Translations under genes and position numbers: made by a program
UHGV virus genome: UHGV-0312576
Source: a virus
Length of the DNA: 64,000 nt
Reading direction: 5' to 3' (one strand)
Part shown: positions 55,787 to 64,000 of the stretch, one piece after another
Position numbering within the stretch: the first letter of the stretch is position 1
Layout of the letters: the number at the start of each line of letters is the position of its first letter
The notes under the pieces: generated by a model
Databases searched by the model: none
Seen by the model: the letters and a program-made list of their open reading frames with translations, nothing else
Told to the model about the DNA's origin: nothing

Positions 55787-57235
55787 TTATAATGGAATAA
55801 TCATATCCCGTTCTGAACACGTCACTTTATATGTTTTATTATTTTTTGATATTTCTTCTTTCAAATATTTTCTTAGACAATTCTTGGACTCAATAGAACC
55901 ATGGACCAGAATTAATTGATTCGTCCTCAAATTGCTTCCGTATTTTAGCAAATCATTAAAATTGGCATGAGATGAAAACGACTGCATTACAAAGCAGTCT
56001 GCTTTATTTGGTACAGGCTTTTTATTTATATTTATTGTTTTGTGGGATTTTCCATTCTTGATTCTATAACTAAGATAAGATTCATCATCTCCGACATATC
56101 CAGAAAAGCAAATCATAGAATTAATGTCTCGTAGGTATTTATCTAAATAGGAGAGTACCCTACCATTAGTACAAAATCCAGATGATGAAATACAGATTTT
56201 TGGAGTTGAATCTAAAACGCATGTTTGTGAATCCGACTTTTCTCTGATATATTTAACATTTTTCCAATTGTAAACTCTATTCCAGAGGTCTAAATAATCA
56301 TTCTGTAATACCTGACCATAATCAAAGCATATATCACATGTAAGCATAGAATCTACAATAATTGGAGTCGTGAAATTTTCATCGTCGCCAAACAGAAGGA
56401 ATAGTGTGGTTAACAGTTCTTGAGAACGGCTAAAACTGAATGCCGGTAGTACAAGTGTGCCATGTCGTTCTAATACTGTATCTATAGCAACTCGTAAATG
56501 CTCTACATCGAATTCACGAGTTTTCTTTGATATTCTTGTGTTTAGTCCGTAAGTGGACTCCATGATAATTAAATCGTTATAAAATGTTGGCACTTCCGTA
56601 TTCTCAACATAATGATTTTTTGTTTCCAGAGCACCAATGTCAGAAGTATATAGTAATTTTCTCTTTTTAATTCCATCATTCAAAATAAGCTGTAATTGAG
56701 CAGCCCCAACGCAATGAGAGTTTTTTAACCACTGAAAGCTTACTACATCATCCAATTGAAACAAAGTATCGTACTGATTATATACCGTATAGAATTTGAA
56801 GGTATTATAGACATCATCTTCACTGTATATTGGTGAGTAATCCCTACCATACCGTTTGGATAACACTCTGGCTTCATCTGCTAGAATGAAGACACAATTT
56901 AGCAGTAGGTGTTTTGAGATGATTGATGTGGGATATGTCATTATGATTTTTCCAGTAAACCCTTCTTTTACAAGGCGAGGCAATAAGCCTATATGGTCGA
57001 TATGACAATGCCCAACGAATACATAATCAATTTCTTCTGGTTTAAATTTAAACTTTTCTGTATTTACTTTATAAGATTCAAGATAATCATTGTTCTGGTA
57101 CAATCCAGCTTCAAGTAAAATCTGCTTGTTGGCAAATTTTATAAGTGTCATGCTGCCAGTGACATCTTCAGCATTGTTTCCGACAAACATAATTCCGTCA
57201 GATTTTAATTTTAATCTTCCGATGGCCATAACCAC
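55787..57235 (-). CDS. metallo-beta-lactamase fold nuclease (beta-CASP-like)
   Basis: HxHxDH motif (VGHCHIDHIG); downstream D and H motifs, including FSSHANFNDL resembling beta-CASP motif B/C. Confidence 0.6.
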   Translation of the reverse strand: MVMAIGRLKLKSDGIMFVGNNAEDVTGSMTLIKFANKQILLEAGLYQNNDYLESYKVNTEKFKFKPEEIDYVFVGHCHIDHIGLLPRLVKEGFTGKIIMTYPTSIISKHLLLNCVFILADEARVLSKRYGRDYSPIYSEDDVYNTFKFYTVYNQYDTLFQLDDVVSFQWLKNSHCVGAAQLQLILNDGIKKRKLLYTSDIGALETKNHYVENTEVPTFYNDLIIMESTYGLNTRISKKTREFDVEHLRVAIDTVLERHGTLVLPAFSFSRSQELLTTLFLLFGDDENFTTPIIVDSMLTCDICFDYGQVLQNDYLDLWNRVYNWKNVKYIREKSDSQTCVLDSTPKICISSSGFCTNGRVLSYLDKYLRDINSMICFSGYVGDDESYLSYRIKNGKSHKTININKKPVPNKADCFVMQSFSSHANFNDLLKYGSNLRTNQLILVHGSIESKNCLRKYLKEEISKNNKTYKVTCSERDMIIPL

Positions 57236-57476
57236 CTTCCACGTTTATTTCGTCACTTGACGATAGTATTCTTTCGATATGTATTTAAACACCATAATAC
57301 CTTGCGATCTTCAACAGCCCAATACTTTTTGCATCTTGACTTGTGGGTTTTAGATGATATTTTTACAAATTCATCTAAACCTCTGGATCTCAACATATCC
57401 GCTTCATTTCTTGTAATTTGAAAAATAGTTAGTTCACTTCTTTCATTTTTTATTTCCCCTTTACGGAGATAGTAGT

Positions 57477-57551
57477 TGCGGGAATGGGATTTGAACCCAC
57501 CTGATTACTGGTTATGAGCCAGCCGACTGTCCACTGGTACGAGCATCCCGC
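57477..57551 (-). tRNA. tRNA with CAU anticodon (Met or Ile2-type); 75 nt
   Basis: Hand fold: acceptor GCGGGAU/UCCCGCA (one imperfect pair); anticodon stem GCUGG/CCAGU with loop CUCAUAA; T-arm GUGGG-UUCAAAU-CCCAU. The D-stem is not cleanly resolved by eye. Confidence 0.5.
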
Positions 57552-57569
57552 TTTAACTGCATAGTAAAG

Positions 57570-57644
57570 TACAGGAAATGGAATTCGAACCCATAGATCA
57601 CAGAGATTTTGAAACTCCGGCATATGCCATTCTGCTATTCCTGT
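57570..57644 (-). tRNA. tRNA, type I, anticodon loop UUCAAAA (CAA as read); identity uncertain
   Basis: Perfect acceptor ACAGGAA/UUCCUGU; T-arm AUGGG-UUCGAAU-UCCAU; the anticodon stem has a U-U mismatch next to the loop. Confidence 0.5.
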
Positions 57645-57648
57645 ATAA

Positions 57649-57732
57649 TACCTCTGGTGGGAGTCGAACCCACATGTGTCATTGACCCCCAGATCCTTAG
57701 TCTGGTGCATAATCCATTTCTGCTACAGAGGC
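57649..57732 (-). tRNA. tRNA, type II (long variable arm), anticodon AAG as read (Leu-like)
   Basis: Acceptor GCCUCUG/CAGAGGU; D-stem GCA/UGC; anticodon stem CCAGA/UCUGG with loop CUAAGGA; 15-nt variable arm; T-arm GUGGG-UUCGACU-CCCAC. Confidence 0.55.
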
Positions 57733-57736
57733 TTAG

Positions 57737-57818
57737 TGTGCCTAAAGGGATTAGAACCCTTATTCCATATGGAAGCGGGGCTTAAACCCGCTGCGTATAC
57801 CATTTTCGCCATAGGCAC
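57737..57818 (-). tRNA. tRNA-Leu(UAA), type II
   Basis: Perfect acceptor GUGCCUA/UAGGCAC plus discriminator A; anticodon stem GCGGG/CCCGC with loop UUUAAGC; variable arm UUCCAUAUGGAA; T-loop UUCUAAU. Confidence 0.65.
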
Positions 57819-58196
57819 ATAAAAAATACAACACTAATAGCGATGCCATTCTAAAAATAGCACCGCCACCAGTTTAAACTTGACAATATGATAAAGTATC
57901 ACCTGGTTCCTAGTTTATCATTTGACAAATGCCTCTCGGCCAAGCCCTCATATTTCAGAGGGCTAAATTTAAAATAATACACGTGTTGCGTACTTATATT
58001 CCGCATATGCAATCATAGCGGAGAGGGTATTCATGTTGATATTGTGACGAAACACACGCAAATTTACTTCTTTACACTAACGCAAAGTTCTCATTGCTCA
58101 CTTTCCCCTCATTAGTTCACATTAGTAAAACTCAAAAAACAGCGTAAAATCAACGTTTGTAGGATGTTAAAAAAATTAAGTCTGCACGAAAATTGG

Positions 58197-60812
58197 CTAT
58201 TTTTCACAATTTTTGCTAAAACACTTTAGCAAATTTGATGAATTTACATCATATAAAACTTTAATTAATATGGACTTATTTTTATTTAAAGTTGAAGATA
58301 TATTATTTTTGTTTCGTTTCGTTCCAGGTAAGATTTTAAAACTTCTATCAATTATCCATGAAAACAGTCCTAAATAATTACGAGATACATTTATCTGCTT
58401 TATGTCATTTACAAGATTATCAAAATCTTTTCTAAGAAGAAAATGCTCGTCTACATCAGTTGATGTGTTGTAGTTGAATAATTGAATTGAGTATTTAGCA
58501 ATCCATTCTTCTACCTTGCGGCAAGTACGGATGTTATTTTTAAGCTCAAACTTGTGAAAGAAATAACTCATTGGAAGGGTGGTAGTAGTATTGTGAAACT
58601 CAGACAAATCGAGAGAAGATAGATAATTCATTGGACAACATAATTCCTTGTTAATACGAGATTTGTTAAAATCTTTCCGTATTATCCCCCAAAATTCAGG
58701 ATAACCGTTTTCATTAATGTTCATGTCACGTCTAATTCTTTGTATTTCGTTCGTTAAATCGATATCAAAACGTCTCTTCGCATTATCTATTGCAACCTGA
58801 GCGAGCACAGATAGTATACATACATAGTTAATATATTTTTGATCAGAGAAATTACAAGCGTAAGTCTGAGCTATTTGCGCGAGGTTACTAGACTCTCCAA
58901 TATCAAGTTGAGAATTCGCCAATCCAGAATCAATTTTTGCGTAATCGTCCATTGTTCTTCTATAGCAATTCTTGTCTTTTGGAATATTATTAACGATAGT
59001 AGGGTAATTAAGATAACACAAACGGGCGTGCTCAACAATATCTGTTTGATTTGTAGTGTAGCCGCTATCAGAATCCTGATCCGCACCATTGTTTCTGTCT
59101 TGAAAATCTGTTCCGATCATATTAACGGCAATACACTGTCTGCCAAGAGAAAAGTATTTATTCAAATTTTTGTGGTACACATTGTGCATATATGTAAGAT
59201 TATTCTTGCTATTAAACGGACTTCGAAAGAAAGCAAGATATTCTCCACTATTGAACCGTTCTGTATAACATTGAATTGTCCCATTCTCTACGAAAAACGT
59301 ATCATCCTCATCTACCGATTCTGATTTTCCAGTTGCAGCATACAACAACATTGCATATGGAGAACCGACAATTACTAGATTTTCTGCGTTTTGAAGAAGC
59401 TTTCCGCTTTTCATGTTTAAAACATAGACCTTTATTATATCTATCTTTCTTCTTCTAAAATAAGAACTACGCAAAAAATCACGATTCTGCTCACATAGCG
59501 CTATTAATACCTCGTAATCATTTGAGAAATTCTTGTTTTTTTCGAGATATTCAAGAAATGCGTCATCATCTTGCTTCAGCTTATTGATATATTCAACACT
59601 TTCTTTAACAACGTTCTCCATAATGTCTTTATCAAGAGAGTTCACCATCTGATAACTCATTCGTTGTACATCCCCGAGCTTGCTTTCATGAGCGGTTTTA
59701 ACAATCCCAAACATACAGTTGTTTTCATAAACCTTTTCGCACCAGTAATCGTAAGATATGTTAAATTTTAACCACTTCATTGAATTATCAGTTGTAATTA
59801 CTTCAATGTCTTTTACATAATGTATATTTCCAAACATATCCTCTACAGTAGCAGATAAATAATCATCCCCAAAGTAATCTTTGAAGAACTTCTGAATATT
59901 CGTATTAAACGCTGCCATTTTGCAAAAATGATGACGTAATAAAATATATCCATTCCCCCATTCAGGGAAAATGCTACTATCAATCAATGCCTGGCCGTCA
60001 AAAAGAGTGTTCTTCAGGGTGTAGTCCTCAAGATACTTTGCAACGCAATGACGATTCTCATCAGTTTCAACACTAATCACATTCGTCTTGAAAGTTCTGT
60101 CTACGTCTTTTAATATTAAAATGTTCTTGGGATTAATTTTAATTTTACCGACAATAGCACTAGATATGAGAGGAGTATATGCACTGATTTCAACAATGGG
60201 AGCATTATTCTTTGGTATCTTTATTCCCATGTATAAAAATTTAATTGCTTTTTTATATAAACGATCACAGATGAACATACAAGAACCCTTTTTGGCCTTG
60301 CCAGTACTACGATATAACATTTTGTAATTTATATGCTCTGTTTTAACAATATCTCCATTCTTCTTACGAGATATGTATTCAACAGTAACACCATCATTGT
60401 AAAATATTCTCCTGATATCATCTTTACTATATTTTTGATATTTTTCTTTGTTCTTTATCGCTTCTTGATGCAGCATTGCTAGTCTACGACGTTTATTTCG
60501 TTTTTTCTTAATAACGGTTGGATATCCGTAACTTTTAGCAATCTTATATTCTAGTCTGGCTTTCATACTGATTTTTTTTAAATGTTCCATTTCATCGTCA
60601 AATGACCTAGAACCAAAATTGAATTCCAAACAAATAATATCTCTAGTAGATTCCTCATTCCATACTTTTAGCCCATTCTCCAACAGATAATCACTAAATA
60701 GACTATTTGTGAACAGTGCTTCCTTGTACTCGTAATGGTCACGTACTCCATTGTTATATTCAAAGAGAGTGCTGGCCTCGATGTTTTTAATTTTAATTCC
60801 AAAGTCGCTCAT
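58197..60812 (-). CDS. large hypothetical protein (replication module)
   Basis: 871 aa; no motif confidently recognised by eye; sits between the tRNA cluster and the dCMP deaminase. Confidence 0.45.
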   Translation of the reverse strand: MSDFGIKIKNIEASTLFEYNNGVRDHYEYKEALFTNSLFSDYLLENGLKVWNEESTRDIICLEFNFGSRSFDDEMEHLKKISMKARLEYKIAKSYGYPTVIKKKRNKRRRLAMLHQEAIKNKEKYQKYSKDDIRRIFYNDGVTVEYISRKKNGDIVKTEHINYKMLYRSTGKAKKGSCMFICDRLYKKAIKFLYMGIKIPKNNAPIVEISAYTPLISSAIVGKIKINPKNILILKDVDRTFKTNVISVETDENRHCVAKYLEDYTLKNTLFDGQALIDSSIFPEWGNGYILLRHHFCKMAAFNTNIQKFFKDYFGDDYLSATVEDMFGNIHYVKDIEVITTDNSMKWLKFNISYDYWCEKVYENNCMFGIVKTAHESKLGDVQRMSYQMVNSLDKDIMENVVKESVEYINKLKQDDDAFLEYLEKNKNFSNDYEVLIALCEQNRDFLRSSYFRRRKIDIIKVYVLNMKSGKLLQNAENLVIVGSPYAMLLYAATGKSESVDEDDTFFVENGTIQCYTERFNSGEYLAFFRSPFNSKNNLTYMHNVYHKNLNKYFSLGRQCIAVNMIGTDFQDRNNGADQDSDSGYTTNQTDIVEHARLCYLNYPTIVNNIPKDKNCYRRTMDDYAKIDSGLANSQLDIGESSNLAQIAQTYACNFSDQKYINYVCILSVLAQVAIDNAKRRFDIDLTNEIQRIRRDMNINENGYPEFWGIIRKDFNKSRINKELCCPMNYLSSLDLSEFHNTTTTLPMSYFFHKFELKNNIRTCRKVEEWIAKYSIQLFNYNTSTDVDEHFLLRKDFDNLVNDIKQINVSRNYLGLFSWIIDRSFKILPGTKRNKNNISSTLNKNKSILIKVLYDVNSSNLLKCFSKNCEK

Positions 60813-60990
60813 TATGTATTCACATCACATCCTTTATAAGTATTAATTATTACTACAAGTTTTCGTTTCATTTTTATCAGGCGAACAAGTTATCACTTAT
60901 TCTCAAATTGGGTCTAATTTTGAAACGTAAATATTGAGTTTTAACTTTGCCGAGATTGTTCTTCTCTATATTTCTTTAATTTCACAGACT

Positions 60991-61419
60991 CTAATTTTTG
61001 ATCTCTATTTTCTCAAAAACATATCCTTCATTAGTTGTGTAGTATATCTGCCTAATGCCTAAATCCCTAATAGCAGCTATGCAAGACGCACACGGCCTGG
61101 ATAACCCAAAGTCCTGATCCTTACGAGTCCGATAAACATATAGCTTTACCTTGGCAAAATTTATATCAAGGTTACGGATCACGTTGAGACAATGTATTTC
61201 GGCGTGCATTTTAGGAAGATACTTACTATCGCTATAGCGTATCGTCCGGAACTGATTATAGTATTGTTGTCTGGGATGTGTCTTGTGGGTGTTACACCCG
61301 ATGGCGATGATATTACCTTGATAGACTGCAATGCAGCCGACGTGGGTTTTATTGAAATCAGAGATGAGAGCGGCCTGATGTGCCTTTTCAAAGTACCTAT
61401 AGTCTGACTTACTGAGCAT
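60991..61419 (-). CDS. dCMP/cytidine deaminase-family zinc enzyme
   Basis: HAEIHCL (H-A-E zinc/catalytic motif) and PCASC (PCxxC), spaced as in CMP/dCMP deaminases. Confidence 0.7.
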   Translation of the reverse strand: MLSKSDYRYFEKAHQAALISDFNKTHVGCIAVYQGNIIAIGCNTHKTHPRQQYYNQFRTIRYSDSKYLPKMHAEIHCLNVIRNLDINFAKVKLYVYRTRKDQDFGLSRPCASCIAAIRDLGIRQIYYTTNEGYVFEKIEIKN

Positions 61420-61744
61420 TCAGACATTCCCTCTCGTATAAATCGTTGCCCTTATCAAAACACTTCATCTGATACACATAGCGGTCTATGTAATACTGAA
61501 AGAATCCCTCAATAAGTAACTTGGTAAAGTATTTAGCGATATCAGTCTTTATGGTTTCATATGTGGAATCGAATACAATATCAGTAGCCTTGTGGATTTG
61601 GTCCCACATGCCGACATTAACCTGTCTTAAATAGAATGACACTAAATATTTCCCAGAATCCTTATTGAAAATATACTCGGCTTTTACTTTGTAATCATTT
61701 TCTAAATCGAATTCTATAGATGGTACATTTTTATATCTGATCAT
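61409..61744 (-). CDS. hypothetical protein
   Basis: 111-aa ORF overlapping the downstream gene start. Confidence 0.3.
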   Translation of the reverse strand: MIRYKNVPSIEFDLENDYKVKAEYIFNKDSGKYLVSFYLRQVNVGMWDQIHKATDIVFDSTYETIKTDIAKYFTKLLIEGFFQYYIDRYVYQMKCFDKGNDLYERECLNAQ

Positions 61745-61994
61745 TTTATTACCTCTTTCTGTTTTCTGCTAATTCTCTATTCCTTTTACATTGATGGTCG
61801 AATCGTATGTCCTTTGCAATTTTATCTGCGATTTCTACTAATGTTGAGTGTCCGTCAAAACTCCAGGTTGTAATTTCTCCTCCATATGTACTATGGTCGA
61901 TTGGGGTATATATGCTTTTCATCTAATAATCGTGTTCTCCTTACTGTTAAATTATTTGTGATCATAATCCTCACTCCTTTTGTGGTGTGATTGG

Positions 61995-62792
61995 TTAGTT
62001 ACTAAAAGTAATATTCTCTTTTTTCATATGTTCTATCTGTTTGCTAATTTCAGTATTGTAATCATACTTAGTATCAATAATAGAAACTCCATTAGTATCC
62101 TTGATATAATGCCTATAATCGACAAATATTTTTGGTGTAGTATTGAATTTGACATCATTATTTGTGTCTTTAAACCTGGCGCGCTTCATTTTGTGGAATT
62201 TAATAATATTCATAGCATCCAGTATTTCTACGATCCGGCCAATATATCTTTCTGATAAACCAGTGTCTTCAGCAATCTTTTGATAATGTCGAAAGCAGCA
62301 TAGAGGTTTATTCGGATTACGGTTCATGTTCACACGGAGATAGGAGAGGAGCAACAATATGTATGCCGACGACATCCTGACAAAGTCAATGCCACTATCC
62401 TTTAATTCTCCTTTGAAATCTAAAATTCTTTGTAGTTCATCAAAGTAGATGATTCCGAAATTGTCCGGGATATCAAACTTTTCTATATTCAGTTTTACTT
62501 GCTGGTATTTTACTGAATTGATAGACTCATGAAGGCAACTCTCAAAATCCGGACATTCTACAAAATATCTATAGTGGGAGAGATGTAATAAAACTTCATA
62601 GTATTTTTGATTTATCTTTCCATCCCTATAGTTAGGCTTGAGTTTTGACCAGTGGCACAGCTCCGTGATAGAGAAGGCCACTGTATCGTCCAAGGCGCGT
62701 CTTGCGCATAAGTATGAAAAGATAATCACCCGTTTATCTCCAAGGTTTTTGTCATATATTATTTCTCGTGGTATCTTTACATAAATAGGCAA
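61995..62792 (-). CDS. hypothetical protein
   Basis: 265-aa ORF. Confidence 0.35.
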   Translation of the reverse strand: MPIYVKIPREIIYDKNLGDKRVIIFSYLCARRALDDTVAFSITELCHWSKLKPNYRDGKINQKYYEVLLHLSHYRYFVECPDFESCLHESINSVKYQQVKLNIEKFDIPDNFGIIYFDELQRILDFKGELKDSGIDFVRMSSAYILLLLSYLRVNMNRNPNKPLCCFRHYQKIAEDTGLSERYIGRIVEILDAMNIIKFHKMKRARFKDTNNDVKFNTTPKIFVDYRHYIKDTNGVSIIDTKYDYNTEISKQIEHMKKENITFSN

Positions 62793-62807
62793 GGCGGCTC
62801 ACCTCGC

Positions 62808-63635
62808 CTATTTGTCAAGGGAATCAAATGCGCCAAAAGATAATCTGTTTTTCTTAGAACAGTATTCGTTATAAAGCATTAATATCCCAAAAGCAGTTTT
62901 TACTCCGACATTCTTAGTCTGTGTATATGTTTTTGCCTTTTCAGATACATTAATAAAGGCCTTTTTGATAATTTTCTTGGTACTTTTATCAATGAACATT
63001 TTTTTGAATTCTTTATCAATAATGGAAGTTTTGTAAATAGAGTAGAACTTCGCAAATCCTTTAAAGAATGTGGCTTGTAAAGAGAATTTTGTTCCTTCGC
63101 ATACATTCGCTAACAGTTTAATCATTTCAATAAAATCAATATCTCCCATGCCATCATAAATTTCTTCTAATGTAGCAGCACAACCAAAAGTTTTTTCTCT
63201 TGCACCACCAGAATAAACAATCGAAAAGCCAGCCTGAGCCACACATTCAATGACATACTTCCATTTAGGATCAAATTTTGAACGTGCTTCGTAGTCTTCG
63301 TTTGACCCATATGTACGCTTACCATTATTTAGTTGAGAAAATAACTGGTATTCTTCTTCTTGGGTAAGACCTCTGTAAATGTGGCATACAAGAGTTCCGT
63401 CAGAATCAATCATCATCTTAGCAAGTTTTCTTTTTTGTCCTTCAACAATTCCATATTGCCCATCTCTATAACTAACATGAATTGGATCGCATAACTTATC
63501 CTCCCAGTTTGATGCGAGTTCTCTTACATCCGTCTCTTTTGGTGTTTTCTGGCAATCTAACTTTGCGTGTAAAATTTTGCATGGCAATGCCTCTGTGCTA
63601 TCTGGTACAATTAATCCATTCTTATTTTTCTTCAT
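62808..63635 (-). CDS. ParB-like nuclease domain protein
   Basis: N-terminal IHVSYRDGQYGIVEGQKRKLA resembles the ParB/Srx fold signature (y.lv.G.hR..A). Confidence 0.35.
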   Translation of the reverse strand: MKKNKNGLIVPDSTEALPCKILHAKLDCQKTPKETDVRELASNWEDKLCDPIHVSYRDGQYGIVEGQKRKLAKMMIDSDGTLVCHIYRGLTQEEEYQLFSQLNNGKRTYGSNEDYEARSKFDPKWKYVIECVAQAGFSIVYSGGAREKTFGCAATLEEIYDGMGDIDFIEMIKLLANVCEGTKFSLQATFFKGFAKFYSIYKTSIIDKEFKKMFIDKSTKKIIKKAFINVSEKAKTYTQTKNVGVKTAFGILMLYNEYCSKKNRLSFGAFDSLDK

Positions 63636-63636
63636 A

Positions 63637-63975
63637 TTATTTTGTCTCCTTTACAAATTCTTTGATCTTTTCTTCTAACTTCATGATGGCTTCAATTACA
63701 CTATCAAATTTTGTAATAGCATAATCTATATCTTCATTCTCCATTTTTTTATAGACTTCATGTAAATCAAAAATACGGTAATCACATGAAGCAACATTTT
63801 CTAATAGAGTGCTAGTCATAATATCAAACTCCTGTTGTGGAACAATGGAGTCTAATACATTAACAGGTGTTTTGCTGGAGATGAGCGCATTTAATAATTG
63901 TTCATCGGTAAAATTATCGTTTGTCTCTGCATTTTTCCTATTTGGAAGATGACCCTGTTGTAACCCGCCAAACAA
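63637..63975 (-). CDS. hypothetical protein
   Basis: 112-aa ORF. Confidence 0.3.
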   Translation of the reverse strand: MFGGLQQGHLPNRKNAETNDNFTDEQLLNALISSKTPVNVLDSIVPQQEFDIMTSTLLENVASCDYRIFDLHEVYKKMENEDIDYAITKFDSVIEAIMKLEEKIKEFVKETK

Positions 63976-64000
63976 CTGGGCAGCTTCTTGATATGTCTTT

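Overview
The window is an AT-rich, near-complete phage or prophage genome. It looks siphovirus-like and comes from a low-GC Gram-positive host: choline-type cell-wall-binding repeats occur in three separate proteins and the endolysin is NlpC/P60. Almost every gene is on the minus strand.

Gene order, reading the minus strand from the right edge to the left:
- Right of 52.7 kb is a nucleotide-metabolism and replication block: ParB-like protein, dCMP deaminase, an 871-aa unknown protein, four tRNAs, an MBL/beta-CASP nuclease, an SbcD-like phosphoesterase and HU.
- A tyrosine integrase sits at 51.7-52.8 kb. A tRNA-Lys-like fragment at about 50.8 kb is a possible attP core.
- The head module (50.7-39.1 kb) runs putative TerS, TerL, portal, scaffold/protease, major capsid protein, then head-tail and major-tail candidates.
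- Holin and endolysin follow at 38.4-36.6 kb.
- A mixed-strand accessory island (36.3-22.5 kb) carries an antirepressor, a DUF262 protein, a MazF-like protein, an HExxH peptidase, a YbjQ zinc-ribbon protein and small hydrophobic peptides.
- Inside that island is a second, TP901-type tape-measure-like gene split by a group I intron. The intron carries a Vsr-like homing endonuclease. A roughly 560-bp ORF-free structured region lies just downstream.
- The tail module (22.4-1.5 kb) runs the tape measure protein (TMP), an AT-rich membrane-protein moron, Dit-like, Tal-like and BppU-like proteins, the receptor-binding protein (RBP), then tail-fibre genes.

The most striking feature is a multi-site inversion system (shufflon) at 4.07-10.68 kb.
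- Fourteen copies of a GTAGCAATTTA repeat sit in strictly alternating orientation.
- The repeat core AGC-AAT-TTA encodes Ser-Asn-Leu, preceded by Cys or Ser/Tyr/Asn.
- The repeats delimit seven invertible segments. Each segment carries two convergent, promoter-less cassettes of 45-120 aa.
- All 13 silent cassettes are in frame with the repeat. Only the 5' part of the RBP gene (10685..11205) is constant.
- An XerC/D-like tyrosine recombinase is encoded inside the array.

This predicts at least 14 alternative RBP head domains. The ORF track misses or mis-frames several cassettes.
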